A stretch of 32,662 nucleotides of DNA from Proteromonas lacertae (taxonomy: Eukaryota), in NCBI GenBank assembly GCA_002245135.1, contig NGBS01000585.1, forward strand, positions 310,001 to 342,662. Direction: 5' to 3'. Under the pieces are notes generated by a model that was not told where the DNA came from, did no database searches, and was given only the letters and a program-made list of their open reading frames with translations. Shown here piece after piece: positions 1 to 12,022 of the stretch. Within the stretch, counting starts at the first letter, position 1, and each line of letters begins with the position of its first letter. The position numbers and the translations under genes are program-made.

Positions 1-206
1 ATAAATGAACTTACCAAAGATCTTTAAGTAATGTATCGATAATAAAGGAGTTTTGCAACTTGTATTAATTTTATTTTGGGATATATAATTTATTAAATGA
101 TATTAAAACATCATAATATCATTGCATCACTATATACTCAACTCTGATTTTTATATAAGCTCGAATTACGTTTGAGTTTAGATTTGAAAATTCGTAGTTA
201 TAATAG

Positions 207-1458
207 ATGGATATAGATGAATCAATAGTTCCAGCTAATACTTTTATTAGTAAAGAGAAGATATGGATTGGAAGTAATTTGATAAAACATCTGAGAGAAG
301 TATTAGAAAAAACACAGTTCAAATATGCATATATTTTTAGTCACAGATTATTTTATCAAGATAGTTCCATTATAAAATCTATTAAAGAACTCCTAACTGA
401 AGTTAATTTGGAAGTATCTGTTGTCCTAGTTCCAATTGGTTGTCCTCCACTTGAGTTTATTCAAAAAAATCAATTGAAGAGTTTAAGTGAAAGGTCAAAT
501 GATATAGTGATATTATCACTGGGATATAATGGTACTTGTGAAATAGCTAAGCAAATTTCTATAAATTTACACAAAGGTGTAGTTAAAAGTCTAATTAATA
601 TATCAGTAATCCACGAAATTAACACAACAACAACCAAATATAGTGTTCAATATATCCCATTCAATGTAAAAGTCATACCATCATCATTATCTACAATAAC
701 TGATGAGGAAGAAAAGGAAAAATTAAAAATAGAGAATATAAAAGAAACAGAAGAATTTTATTTATTGATTATTAATTTAATTAATAAAATAATAGAAATA
801 AGTTTAATTTACACAGTATCAAGTTCAGATTCAGATATATTTTCTAAATGGATAAGTACGTTGTGTAAAAGCATTTCTCCTCTGTATTTACAAGAAAATG
901 AATTTAATTTAAATGATAATAATGCAATGAAAACATTATATCAAAAATATAATACTTTAGAAATGATAATATCAAAATCGAATTATGCAAATTATAATAT
1001 ATTGAAATATATATCAGAAGTAGTGTATCAAGAAACATCACATTTAATAATTGATAATAATAATAAAGAAGAAGAAGATAGATAATAAAAATACACTTTT
1101 ACTAAAATATAATATAATAATCTCAATAATTCCATCTTATTATCGATTATTATTTCAGAATTCAATAAATGCTAGAATTATTGCTTCAATAATCCAATCA
1201 ATAACCCCTTCATTGAGAGGATTAAGCGAAGAAAGTGATATGGTTGAAAAAGGAATTGAAGCTTGGCTTATTTCAATTGGTTTTATGAATAAACTAGAAG
1301 ATGTTATTCCTGAGATTAAAGAGAGTGATTTGGATAAAATATCTAGTAAATTAGTGGAGAATGTTGCACTTATTGAAACATCAAAACATTTGAGAGTTGA
1401 ATTTACTGTTGGTTCACTTAAAGAAGTATTAATGAGATCATTACAAGTTCATTTTTAA
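207..1458 (+). CDS. Iron-containing alcohol dehydrogenase (Fe-ADH) fold protein, probably catalytically inactive; frame break near 1080
   Basis: DIVILSLGYNGTCEIAKQIS resembles the Fe-ADH D-x-IIAxGGGSxxDxAKxIA motif. C-terminal WLISIGFMNKLEDVIPEIKESDLDKIS resembles LGxPxxLxELGxxEEDLxxIA. ORFs 207-1085 and 1051-1458 join if one base is removed at GAAGAT-a-GATAAT. Confidence 0.6.
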
Positions 1459-1540
1459 TTTATGTTAATTAATTTCATTTCATTTTGTCCAATTGTTTTA
1501 TTCATTAACAACAGAAAGAAAAAATGAACTGTGACCTATA

Positions 1541-1557
1541 AAAAATATAGTCGTTTC
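1541..1557 (+). promoter_or_regulatory. Candidate promoter motif B, AAAAATATAGTCGTTTC
   Basis: Ends 14 nt before the paladin ATG; near-identical copies at 11886-11902 and 12997-13013. Confidence 0.55.
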
Positions 1558-1571
1558 ATATCTGAAGAAAA

Positions 1572-4500
1572 ATGCAGAATTACACTATATCTCCAAATTC
1601 ACCTATAGGTGCACTTAAAATATCTCACAGTATGGAATTTAGTCCCTATGGATTGGATAAGAGTCTTCATAGAGTTCCTTCATTACCTGTTACACGAAGT
1701 GTGAATATTTGTCAGGAAATAGATTTACGAGCTGGTATATTTTATTTTTTGCAATGTATTGGTAGGGAGAGTATTAGCTCATAATATGATTTTAAAAACT
1801 GATAAATTCCCAATCGACAAAAAGGTTCGTAGTGGTGAAAATTTATCTGTATATTGATCTGTATTTAATAATAGACTGGTGATTTCTATGGTGTTCATAC
1901 ATTTAGATTTCTATCAAATACAAACGTATATGGTATGGCCCAACCACCTGTTTATGGGATACGATCTATATTAAACTCATTAAATGCCAAACGAAGTGTA
2001 TCTCCAAGAAGAAGTGTAATTTGGATAAATCTAAGAGAAGAACCTGTTATATACCTAAATGAAATGCCTCATGTATTAAGAGATGCAAAAAGTCCAATGG
2101 AGAATATAAGAGATTACTCTGGAATTACACCAGAGTCATTAAATGATATGGAATTAAGATTGAAAGATGATATAATCAATGAATCAAATTTACATTATGG
2201 TAATATAACAATTCATTCCGAAAAGAACTATAAAGAAGTATTATAATTATATATATATATATATTGTGAATAGATTTTACCAAGACAAATATCTGTTAAA
2301 AGTTCATCCATATTAACACTTTATCAATCGTTTCAAGTATTATCAATTGAAGGTTATGATGTTGAATATTATAGAATGCCAGTTACACCAGAACAAGTAC
2401 CAGATAATGTATATTATTTTTATTATTATTATTATTATTTTAATAGGCTACTTATGATTCTTTATTATCATTATTAAAGAATAGTTCACCTGATATATAT
2501 ATCATATTCAATTGCCAAACTGGTTATTTCAGATCCAGTCATATGATGATTATTGCAGCTTCCATACAACATTGGAGAAGAATGAAAAACAAATTAATAC
2601 CTGCTGTTGTTGATAATGATACAATCAATAACTTTAATCCTGATGAAGGTGAAGTTGGTGGAATAAAAGTATTTATAATATTTCTTTAATAAAAAATATA
2701 GAATTATGATTTATTAAAAGGGTATTATAAGCCTATCAGAGATTTAATTCAAATGTTACCAGAAGCTGAAGAATGTAAGAAGTTAGTAGATTTATTAATT
2801 CAAAAAGATGGTCCATGTTCTGCAATTATGAAAATGATTTATGATTATCGGCAAAAAGCAATAGAAACACGTATTGATTCTCAAGCACAAGGATATTTAA
2901 TAAGAGCCACTAAATATTTAAGACATTATTTCTATTTAATAGTGTTTAATTGCTATTTGTATGAAAATTGGCAAGATGATTTTAAAGTCAGTTTTAGTGA
3001 TTGGATGAAAGACCATTCTGAAGTGAATAGTATTGATAAAATCATTCAAAGTCAATCCGATCTTGCAGTTGATACTAATATCAACGAAGCATTAATTAAA
3101 GACTTATTACATCGTAATGGAAGTGTATTAAATAATACTATGATTCTATTACACGATAATTATTGTAAAGATGTAGAAAATGAAAACATTAAAGTGAGTG
3201 GATTTAGAACAAATTTATCAGGTAATATAATTGGATCTGCTTGTCCAACTTATAATGGTGCAAAATCGTTATTTGAAAATGTTCAAAACAGTATCATATC
3301 TGTTATTCATCTAAGAGCATCACCGTTAATCTATTTAAAAGGTAGTTTATATATATTATCAGATATTAACCATCCTCATCAATATTTAGAACAATATAGA
3401 GGTTTGAAAGCTGATTTGTTAGAACAATCTGAAAATAGATTAAGAGATGATATTATTCAAGAAATTACACAAACTAATAACCAAGTATAATAATTATTTT
3501 TTTTTATTTGATTAGATATTAGTACATATAGATGATGGTGAATGTAAATTATCAGAATATTATCTTTCTATTACTGAAGATGAAATATTAACTCCCAAAA
3601 TGTTTTATGAAAAAATGAATCAAGAATTTGTTAATAAAACTATTAATTATTACAGAATACCAAATCCTCCAGGTGGTATAGTCAAAGACAAAGTTATTGA
3701 CTTGTATATTTTTTTATTTATTATTAATATTTATTTAATTAGATTCTTAAATGTATTAAACACAATTCCACCATCTTCTACCATCTATTACGTGTGTCAA
3801 AAAGGTACAGGTCGTTCTGAATTTGCTATGGCATTAACATCATTAATAAGATATTCAACAGCAAGAGAAAAAGAAGTTGATTTAGAAATAATAGTCAAAG
3901 ATGATGTAGAAGCAAGTTATAATGGTGTTCAATCGTTAATTCGTTTATTCCCTAATGGTTATTTCTTACATTCATTAACTAACAAAGCAATTAGAGATAG
4001 TAGTCCTCCTGGTTTTTATTCATTATTAGATGATTTGTATATATTATTATTAATATTATTATTGTGTTATATTTATAGAATTCAATCTGTTGATTCATTC
4101 CCTCAATCTGTTCCTCATATTAATCATGTTTATTCAAGATATTTATTATTAATGATTTCTGCTGCTTATTTGAATGAAAGACCAAATTGTACATTCAAAG
4201 AATGGAAGAAGAATAGACCAGAAATAACAAAGATATATGAAGATATATTATATCATGTAGAGTATATTGTAATTGTTATTATAATAAAATAGAGACAATA
4301 TTAAAAGTTATAAAGTATCAGAAACTGTTCCATCCATTGAAACAGATGAATCTTCAATACATCATGGTGTTGTGTTAAACAAAACATCCATTATCAAAAA
4401 TGATCATTTTGTTGGATGTAGAAATCCATTAATTGTATTTTGATATTCATTTTATTCTGCTATTAGACTCCTGTAATGGATGGTGCTCCTAACTTTAGAC

Positions 4501-5622
4501 ATATTGGTCTTGATGAAATACCAGTTTATGGAACTGCTATACCAACAATTCAAGGAATATTTACTATACTAAAAATAGTAGGTAAAGATTGTGTATAAAT
4601 TCATTATAATTCTTATATTGTTTATATAGTATTGGATCAATTTACGTGAAGAACCATTAATCTATATCAACAATAGACCTTATGCATTGAGAAACAAACA
4701 TACACCATTTACTAATATAGAATATACTGGAATAACCTGTGAAAAAGTAGAAGATATGGAAAAGAGATTAAAACAAGAATTATTGACAGAATTATCAGAG
4801 AATGATAATTTATTATTATTACATGAAGAAGATGGAATGATGAGTGATATATGTAAATGGATTCCTTCAGATGTTAATTCAATTCAAACTGTATATCGAT
4901 ATGTTATTATTATATAATAGTGTCAAGATATATTTGGTATATTAATCAATCAACAACAAGGAATTGTAAAATGTAATTATCACAGAATTCCAGTTACTGA
5001 TGAACAAGCTCCTTTACCTGTTCAATTTGATATGATATTTAACTGTGTAATGTCAGCTCCAACAGATATGCCATGTATATTCAACTGTCAGATGGGCAGA
5101 GGAAGAACAACAACAGGAATGATACTTGGTGCTTTGGTAAAGATTTGGTTAATGAAGAAATGTGATTTATATATTAAGAAATATGAAACTCAACAAACTG
5201 CTTCATTGTTAAATGGTTATTATGAATGTGTTACTAGATTATTGAGAGTATTAGAGAATGGATTGAAAGCGAAGATGCTGTTGGATTTATTGATTAACAA
5301 TTGTTCTGCAATGCAGAATTTGAGAGAAACAATATCTGATTATTATGTATTTTTCATTTTAAGTATATTTTTATGAATAGAGACAATCGTTGGATACAAA
5401 TCTAACTGATAAGAAGAGAAAGACTTGTAGTTCAACAGCAAATGGATTCTTAAGAAGGTACTATTATTTAATAGTATTTACAGGATATTTGTTAGTATAT
5501 TCTACTCTTATGTGATTTTATTATTATAGAGTTATTCCCCAGGAGAAACTATCCCAGCATTCAGTGTCTGGCTTCAAAATAGACCGGAAATAACAAATAT
5601 TGAATTTAGTCTTCATAAGTAA
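1572..5622 (+). CDS. Paladin-like protein with three tandem PTP-like phytase/inositol-phosphate phosphatase domains; 14 introns
   Basis: Motifs WINLREEPVIY (twice, plus IHLRASPLIY), YRMPVT/HRIPVTDE, GAPNFR and CX5R loops CQTGYFR, CQKGTGR, CQMGRGRTTTGM. Introns 1735-1765, 1849-1874, 2238-2273, 2409-2446, 2669-2701, 3485-3515, 3704-3742, 4037-4078, 4262-4292, 4435-4466, 4593-4629, 4891-4920, 5347-5380, 5495-5529 give one open frame ending in TAA 5620-5622. Confidence 0.9.
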
Positions 5623-5771
5623 GATAGAAAATTGTTGAATATTATTATCCTAATGTTGTTTTACATGTTTTGTTTGAGAGTTATCAATTTATTAAAGCTT
5701 AAAATAAGAATTAATGAATTTGGTCAACGAAAATCCTTTTTTCTTTGCCGCATTATTTTAATCTCTAATTT

Positions 5772-6509
5772 ATGATTGAAATATTTGTAATAATAGGTTT
5801 TAATATATTCGTGAAATAATATTAGGCATTGCACTTTTTGGTCTATTTATGGGTTTTGCTTATTTGATAAAAATGATGATTGATATGTGTAGAAAGTATA
5901 GTAATTATCATTTAATGCTGTGCATAGTACTGGTGATGCTCGAAGATCTAATCATAATTCATTGGCTCTAGAAGAATATTTAAATCCTGAGAATCACTAT
6001 ATAAAGAAATACAATTTCACAACCTACAGAGATAGTACAACAGAAAAAGGTCATCCAGTTTTACCAACATGTTGTATATGTATGGAAGATTTCAAAGAAG
6101 AAGAAAATGAAGAAGTTATAGTAATGATTATTTAATTAATGGATTATTTGCTAGATGATATGCCATTGTTTTCATGCTTTTCATACAGCATGTCTTACAG
6201 AATGGTTTTAGTATGAAATTTCTATTAAATAATTGAATAGTCGTGGACGTCCTGTGTGCCCTGTATGCAATTATGATTTACGTACTGGAAGAGCAGAAGA
6301 AACATCATTAACATCTCAACCACAATCTGTTTCACTAAATCCTGATGAACAACAGAATTCTTCTGGTATATTGTTATTTTTTATAAAATAAAATAGAAGA
6401 AATAGTTGTACTAATGAACGAAGATACATCAAAAAGAATACAAAACATAATTGCTAATCCATATTCAAATCCATTAACTCCTTCTGATCAATCTAATCTA
6501 GTTATATAA
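5772..6509 (+). CDS. N-terminal transmembrane RING-H2 E3 ubiquitin ligase (ATL/RNF-like); 5 introns
   Basis: Spliced product MIEIFVIIGIALFGLFMGFAYLIK...CCICMEDF...CFHAFHTACLTEWF...CPVC (C3H2C3). Introns 5797-5825 (GTT donor), 5896-5927, 6121-6154, 6211-6240, 6366-6396. Confidence 0.85.
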
Positions 6510-6583
6510 TTATTACCTCTATGCATTTTTTTGTGTGTGTGCGTTTATCAAAGAAATAGAAAAACATAGTAATAATTAATATG

Positions 6584-8834
6584 TTATTCTTTCCATATGG
6601 ATGAAATATGAATAGCGTAATTATCATTAAATGATTCTACATAAGGATATATTTTTGAAGGAATATTACAGATAGTAACAATATTTTCTTTTCTATTTTT
6701 TATTATTTCAAAAGTTTTTCCTTTCATATTGTATATACATTCAAATATATCACCATTTCTATTTCTCGAACATTCACAAAAGCTTTTTTCAGTAGTATTG
6801 TAAGATGAAATCCAACATTTATTGGAATACATAAGAAAACAAGCTCCAAAAGAGAATTTTTCATATGTTAAATTTATCCCTTCATATTGATTATTTGTTG
6901 TTCCACCAAATCCAATTTCTAATTCTTCAAAAAATTCATCATCATAATTATTATCACTCTCATCCTTTAATAAGTATAATAAATGCCAAATCTCATCATC
7001 TTTTATTTCAAAATTCAAATAACAATGATGAATTAATGAGTTTGTATTTATTAATTTAAACATATTTTGTAATTCATTAGTTGCAAAATCACTTACAAAA
7101 CCATATTTACTGACGGATAGTTCAAGAGTGGTACTTAATACACTATAAGGTGTTTTACATGTTATCTCAAATTTTTCTAATATTCTCTCTTCATCACATT
7201 TTCCATATATAATTCCAGTTTGTTCATCTAAGTATAATCCTTTGAATAATTCTGGTGATATAGAATATCTACCAATACTTGGCTTTATGGAAGGGATGAT
7301 TTTTACATCTGAATCACTGCATATCTGTTGAGAATGATATTCTAATGATAATTCTTCTTCAGCTATACATGTAAATACAACATAATTATAAAATAATAAT
7401 ACAATTATATATGTTTTGAACAATTGGATTTAGATTATCTAATTCTTCTTTGGTTAAAACTTTGTTTTTCATGTATTTCATCAAAACTCTAAAACTTGAA
7501 GAGCAAACATTAATATGATTTAGTATATCAAATAACATTGATATACCAAATAGTTGTTGAAATGCTTTTATATTCTTTTCTATTATAATATATTATAGAA
7601 AAATGAAAATACTATTCTTTATAAAATAAGATAAACATTTTGGTATTGTCTCTTTGATTGAATTATCGTTTACTTGAGAATGCCATAATAAAAATTGTGA
7701 CATCATAAATGATCTTTTTTCTGATTCGACTATAAATAATATAATCATCAATATACTTTCATAACTAATGTCAAGATCAATAATAATTGTCATAGTTACT
7801 ATTGTCAACTTTTTATCATCAATATCCAATAATGATTTAAAATAATCTATTATTTTACTTTCCAATAATATCATTTTGTCTTGTTTTTCTATTTCAATCA
7901 TTTTATTTTCTTCAGTATAGTATTTGATAATTATATCTTTAGAAATATCAAGAAGATCTTTTGGTAATTCTATTATATTATAAAAATATTATTGATTTAT
8001 ATTTACTTAGATAAACTCTAGTAGGTATAACATTATTCAGTTGATCAAAGAAAGAAAAAGATTGTTGCTTTAAATGTTCAAGTTTATCTGATGGAATTTT
8101 ATCTAGTTCTATTGATTTCCAGTTTATTACTTTAAGTAACTTACTGAAATCTTTACTTTCTTCTTCACTCTTTAAATTATTTTCTTTATAATACAATAAC
8201 TTCATCAACAATTCTGTTTCGCTTTCAACTACTAATTTTGGAGATGTTAAAATATAATACAACTCATTTACTCGGAAATTAAGTATTGCATTATCATTAA
8301 GATATTTATATCCATATCTATATAAATAATCACCAGTTATGTCATGAAATTCAATCATTTTCTTATCACTCATTGAATTCATTAATTTGATTAGTGACAA
8401 CACTGTTGTTTCATCTAAATGAGATTTTAAGTATCTATTGTATCATTAATTACATATTAATACCTTTTAGCACTCTGCAAAAGTTTTTCTTCATTATAGA
8501 ACAAACAAACAGCAATAATATCAATTATATTGTTATTATTAATATCTATGCTTTCTCCTGTATAAAATCTTTCGAGAATATAAAAGCCAATTTCACTGAT
8601 TCCATCATATAAAACTAAACTTCCTATAAACTGATCATCTCCAATTAATCTCTTGAAAATATCATTACCTAAACATAAAATTGATTTTACTGATATTATT
8701 TCGACATTATGGATAGATATTTTAATATCACCATATCCTCTTTCTACCAATTTTCTTACCAATCTATGTAGATAAATAAAATAACTTGTAGTTATATACC
8801 CTACTCGAGAAACACTTGAATCTAATACTCTCAT
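6584..8834 (-). CDS. BTB/POZ-BACK-like protein with a putative Ig (He_PIG-like) module and C-terminal SPRY-like domain; 6 introns
   Basis: BTB-like GDIKI...KSILCLGNDIFKRL...FYTGESIDINNNNIIDII; BACK-like LVVESETELL; He_PIG-like ISPELFKGLYLDEQTGIIYG; SPRY-like NGDIFECIYNMKGKTFEIIKN...IYPYVE. Introns 8764-8799, 8435-8463, 7970-8006, 7730-7756, 7580-7612, 7363-7402 join four ORFs in frame. Confidence 0.7.
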
Positions 8835-9004
8835 GTTCACAGAGTTAGAATACAATTCTTACAAAGAATTGAAATTTAAAAAAGCTTGATTTGTTTCAAA
8901 CCTTATTCTTTTTCAAATCATTATTTAACAAAAAACAACCCCCAAAATAATAAAGAATAAACCATCCTTGTAATTAATAATTGCCATACTTTTATTTATC
9001 ATAT

Positions 9005-9914
9005 TTAAATCATTCTTTCAATAAGATTATGGATCAAATGTTCTTGATCACCAAATACACCATTTTGATTGAAATGACGAAGTTTACCATCAAAACCTCC
9101 TCTTGGTGATGTTAATTTCATTGGCCATAAGAAGTTGTTGGCTTCTTTGAAGTGTGGACCACATGTAACAATTTCATGTACTAAATCTTCAACACCTTTA
9201 ATTCCATATTGTCCTAAATTCTCAGCAATAACTTTATTATCAGAAATTGGAATTCTTTGATGGTTGATCTTAGCAAATCCTCTCTTGTAGATTAATTGTC
9301 TTACTAATTTTGGAGTTGGAGCACCAAATGCAACGTATGGTTCTACTAATCTTAACATGTGGATTGTTGATAAGTTAGCTCTGATGAATACGCAATTGTG
9401 GATTTGTCTTAATCTCAATAATCTTAAGGCTGTCTTGACTTTTGGACTCATTCCCATAATACCTCTTATTCTTACTACAACCATAATTTTATTGGCAGCT
9501 GGGACGTAGAAATTTCCATGGGACTTAGCTAATCTCTTGTTACGGATGATGGTTTCACGAGCCTAACCAAAATATTAAAAATACTATAACATACAACTCT
9601 GTATTCGTGTTCATATTTACCTGTTCTGTTTAAGAGAGCTTGTCTTTCTTTTACATATTTCTATTTTGAAAAATATTACATAAATTGAATATACAACACC
9701 TGCAGCTTTTTTAGCTTCTGCTACTTTCTTAGCTTGTTCTTCATCTCTCTTCTGCTTTTTTAAAATTGATTCAGGAACGCTATAAAGTATAAAATTGGGT
9801 TATAGGAATGGTGAGATAAAATAGATTGAGTATAAGATATAAAAATATAAAATGGATTTATTGGATGTATAAGTGTTTTGAATTTTAGGCTACATACGCT
9901 GGTTTAGCTGGCAT
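9005..9914 (-). CDS. RPL7: 60S ribosomal protein L7 (uL30); 3 introns
   Basis: VPESILKK N-terminus, GNFYVPA, VVRIRGI, LRLRQIHN, LIYKRG, EDLVHEIVTCGPHFKEANNFLWP. Introns 9780-9897 (118 nt), 9661-9694, 9563-9594. Confidence 0.97.
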
Positions 9915-10203
9915 TGTAATTTCAATTACAAGGGCAATTATTTAATTAGTTCGTCAAGCTATCCAATCATTAACGAAATACACAAAAATACTTTGCTATT
10001 TATTTATAAACTATTTTCAATCATTGAATTTGTATTGTTTTTCTTTTCTTTTTTAGTGTGATATAGCCATTGTTAAGTAATAATAATATTATATGTGAGT
10101 GTAATGATCTTTCATTTAGTCAATAAAAAGTTAAAAAAACAACAAAATACCCTAACAAGTAATATAGTCACAAAACCATATTCTAATAAAATTTATATCT
10201 TAT

Positions 10204-11858
10204 TTAGTTTTTCCCATCAGTTATTTTTACTGAATCAAGTGTGCTATTATCCTTAATACTTGTAGTTTTATTTAATTTCTTTTTTTGTACTTTCTGTCTT
10301 TTAGAAGGCAAAAATTTATTTTCTTCTGTCTTTTTAGGAGCTTTATTCTTCTTAAATGGTGATTCAAAATGACCTTTCGCATAATTTGGTGCTTTAAATA
10401 CATTTATCTTCTTTCTCATCACTTCATTGTCTAACGTTCCATATTTCTTCAACAACAATATTAAATTCATCAATGCCTTGTGTTCAGACTCTTTAGATTC
10501 TTTTACTTCCTATTAAAAATGAATAAAACATGAAAAAATAATACTGTTAATGCATTTTCATTACTATACCTACTACCTAACTCCAAATCAATATATTGTG
10601 CTTCAGGAAAGTATTTTCTTATTTCATTTTGAATTGCAGTCACTTCTCTTTCTACCAATCTTGTCACATCTTCAGCATACCAAGCCATAAATACAGGTAA
10701 TTCTTCTTTATATTTCTGATTGACAAAGAACGGATAATATCTATTCAATTAATTACATAATAATAATACAATTCATATAAATGTGCAGCTAGAAATGTAC
10801 CATCTAAATCTATTTCAGCATGAAATGAGAATTCTTTTGGACTTAACCATTGTGAAGTAACATTTCGACTATTTCATTTAAAAAATAATAAAAAGTAATA
10901 TTTATACACATTATCAATTGATCTTCTACCTCTCACAATACAAACAATTTCATTTTCAACTAACGGATCCAAAGCTCTACCTAATAAATAATTTTGATTT
11001 AAACTAATCATTCTATAAGAAACAGCAGCTAACAAACATCCAATCATTATACTAGAAACACTATCATAAATCATATTGGTAGTATAATAACTCAAAAACA
11101 TACCACTTGCACCAATTATTACACCTGTACAAGATGCAATATCTTCAAGAAATACAGCCAATAACGTCGGATTCTTCTGTGTTTGAATATGTTTGATAAA
11201 TCCAACATCATGTGGTTGTGTTTCTCTTAATTGTGACATTGTTTTAGTTAATACCCATCCATCTAATAGAAATGAGAATCCCAATGCTGATAATGACCAC
11301 ATTGATAGGTCTAAGTCTGCTACAGGGTATAGTATGTGATAAAAGCCATAGGATATTGATACTACACTTCCCATCCAAAAAGTACCCATTGCTGAAATTA
11401 ATGACCAAAAAAATGGACTTCTACCATATCCATAGGGGTGGTGTCTATCTGGTTTCAGTGTTAATTGATGTTCACCGATAAATAGTAACGCTTGATTAAT
11501 ACAGTCAGCTGCTCCATGCAATGTTTCAGCTAACATTCCTGAACTTCCAGTAAAAGAATATGCAAACATTTTAAATATTGTACTAAGTACATTACTACCA
11601 AATGCTCGTATTACAGCTAGTAAAGCCATACTATTGTTCTTCATTTTAGCAAAACCATCCTATAAGTAATATTAAATGGTATACAAGTTTGTCTCCCAGT
11701 CGTTTGGGTTTTAGTTCATTGCTTGAAAAGAACAATTTATTTTGTAAAGGATAATGTTGTGAATTGTGTAGTATTATATTATTACATTTAGTTATCGAAT
11801 GAATCTGTCTTATACATCTATATTTATATTTTAGAATGTTCAGCGGTTGCCTATACAT
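10204..11858 (-). CDS. Cation diffusion facilitator, ZnT9/SLC30A9-like zinc transporter with probable organellar presequence; 4 introns
   Basis: GSSGMLAETLHGAADCINQALL, PDRHHPYGYGR, VFLEDIASCTG, FHAEIDLDG, AQYIDLE. The basic, acid-free N-terminus resembles a targeting peptide. Introns 11660-11684, 10869-10907, 10741-10769, 10510-10544. Confidence 0.88.
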
Positions 11859-11885
11859 GGAGTTATTGAAAAATAAACAGTAATA

Positions 11886-11902
11886 AAAAATATGGTCGTT
11901 TC
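11886..11902 (+). promoter_or_regulatory. Candidate promoter motif B, AAAAATATGGTCGTTTC
   Basis: About 28 nt upstream of the ZnT9-like ATG, in antisense orientation; 16/17 identical to the copy at 1541. Confidence 0.55.
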
Positions 11903-12022
11903 TAGTCCATCCAAAAAAAATTTGGTTTTACAATTTTAACTCAAACAAATCAGTTTTGAAATAATAATATATCAATAAAACAAATATTATTATATAATAC
12001 ATATTATATCTACAGCTAATAA

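Noticed and set aside
1..130. Possible minus-strand exon ending at a GTAAG donor near position 14
   Set aside because: No clean start codon in frame and too little sequence at the window edge.
9780..9897. snoRNA hosted in the long RPL7 intron
   Set aside because: No C/D boxes, and with no G it cannot form H/ACA hairpins.
10102..10113. TAATGATCTTTC, complementary to the 18S rRNA 3' end (U13-like snoRNA idea)
   Set aside because: Only 12 AT-rich bases with a G-U pair; no C/D boxes and no second U13 guide nearby.
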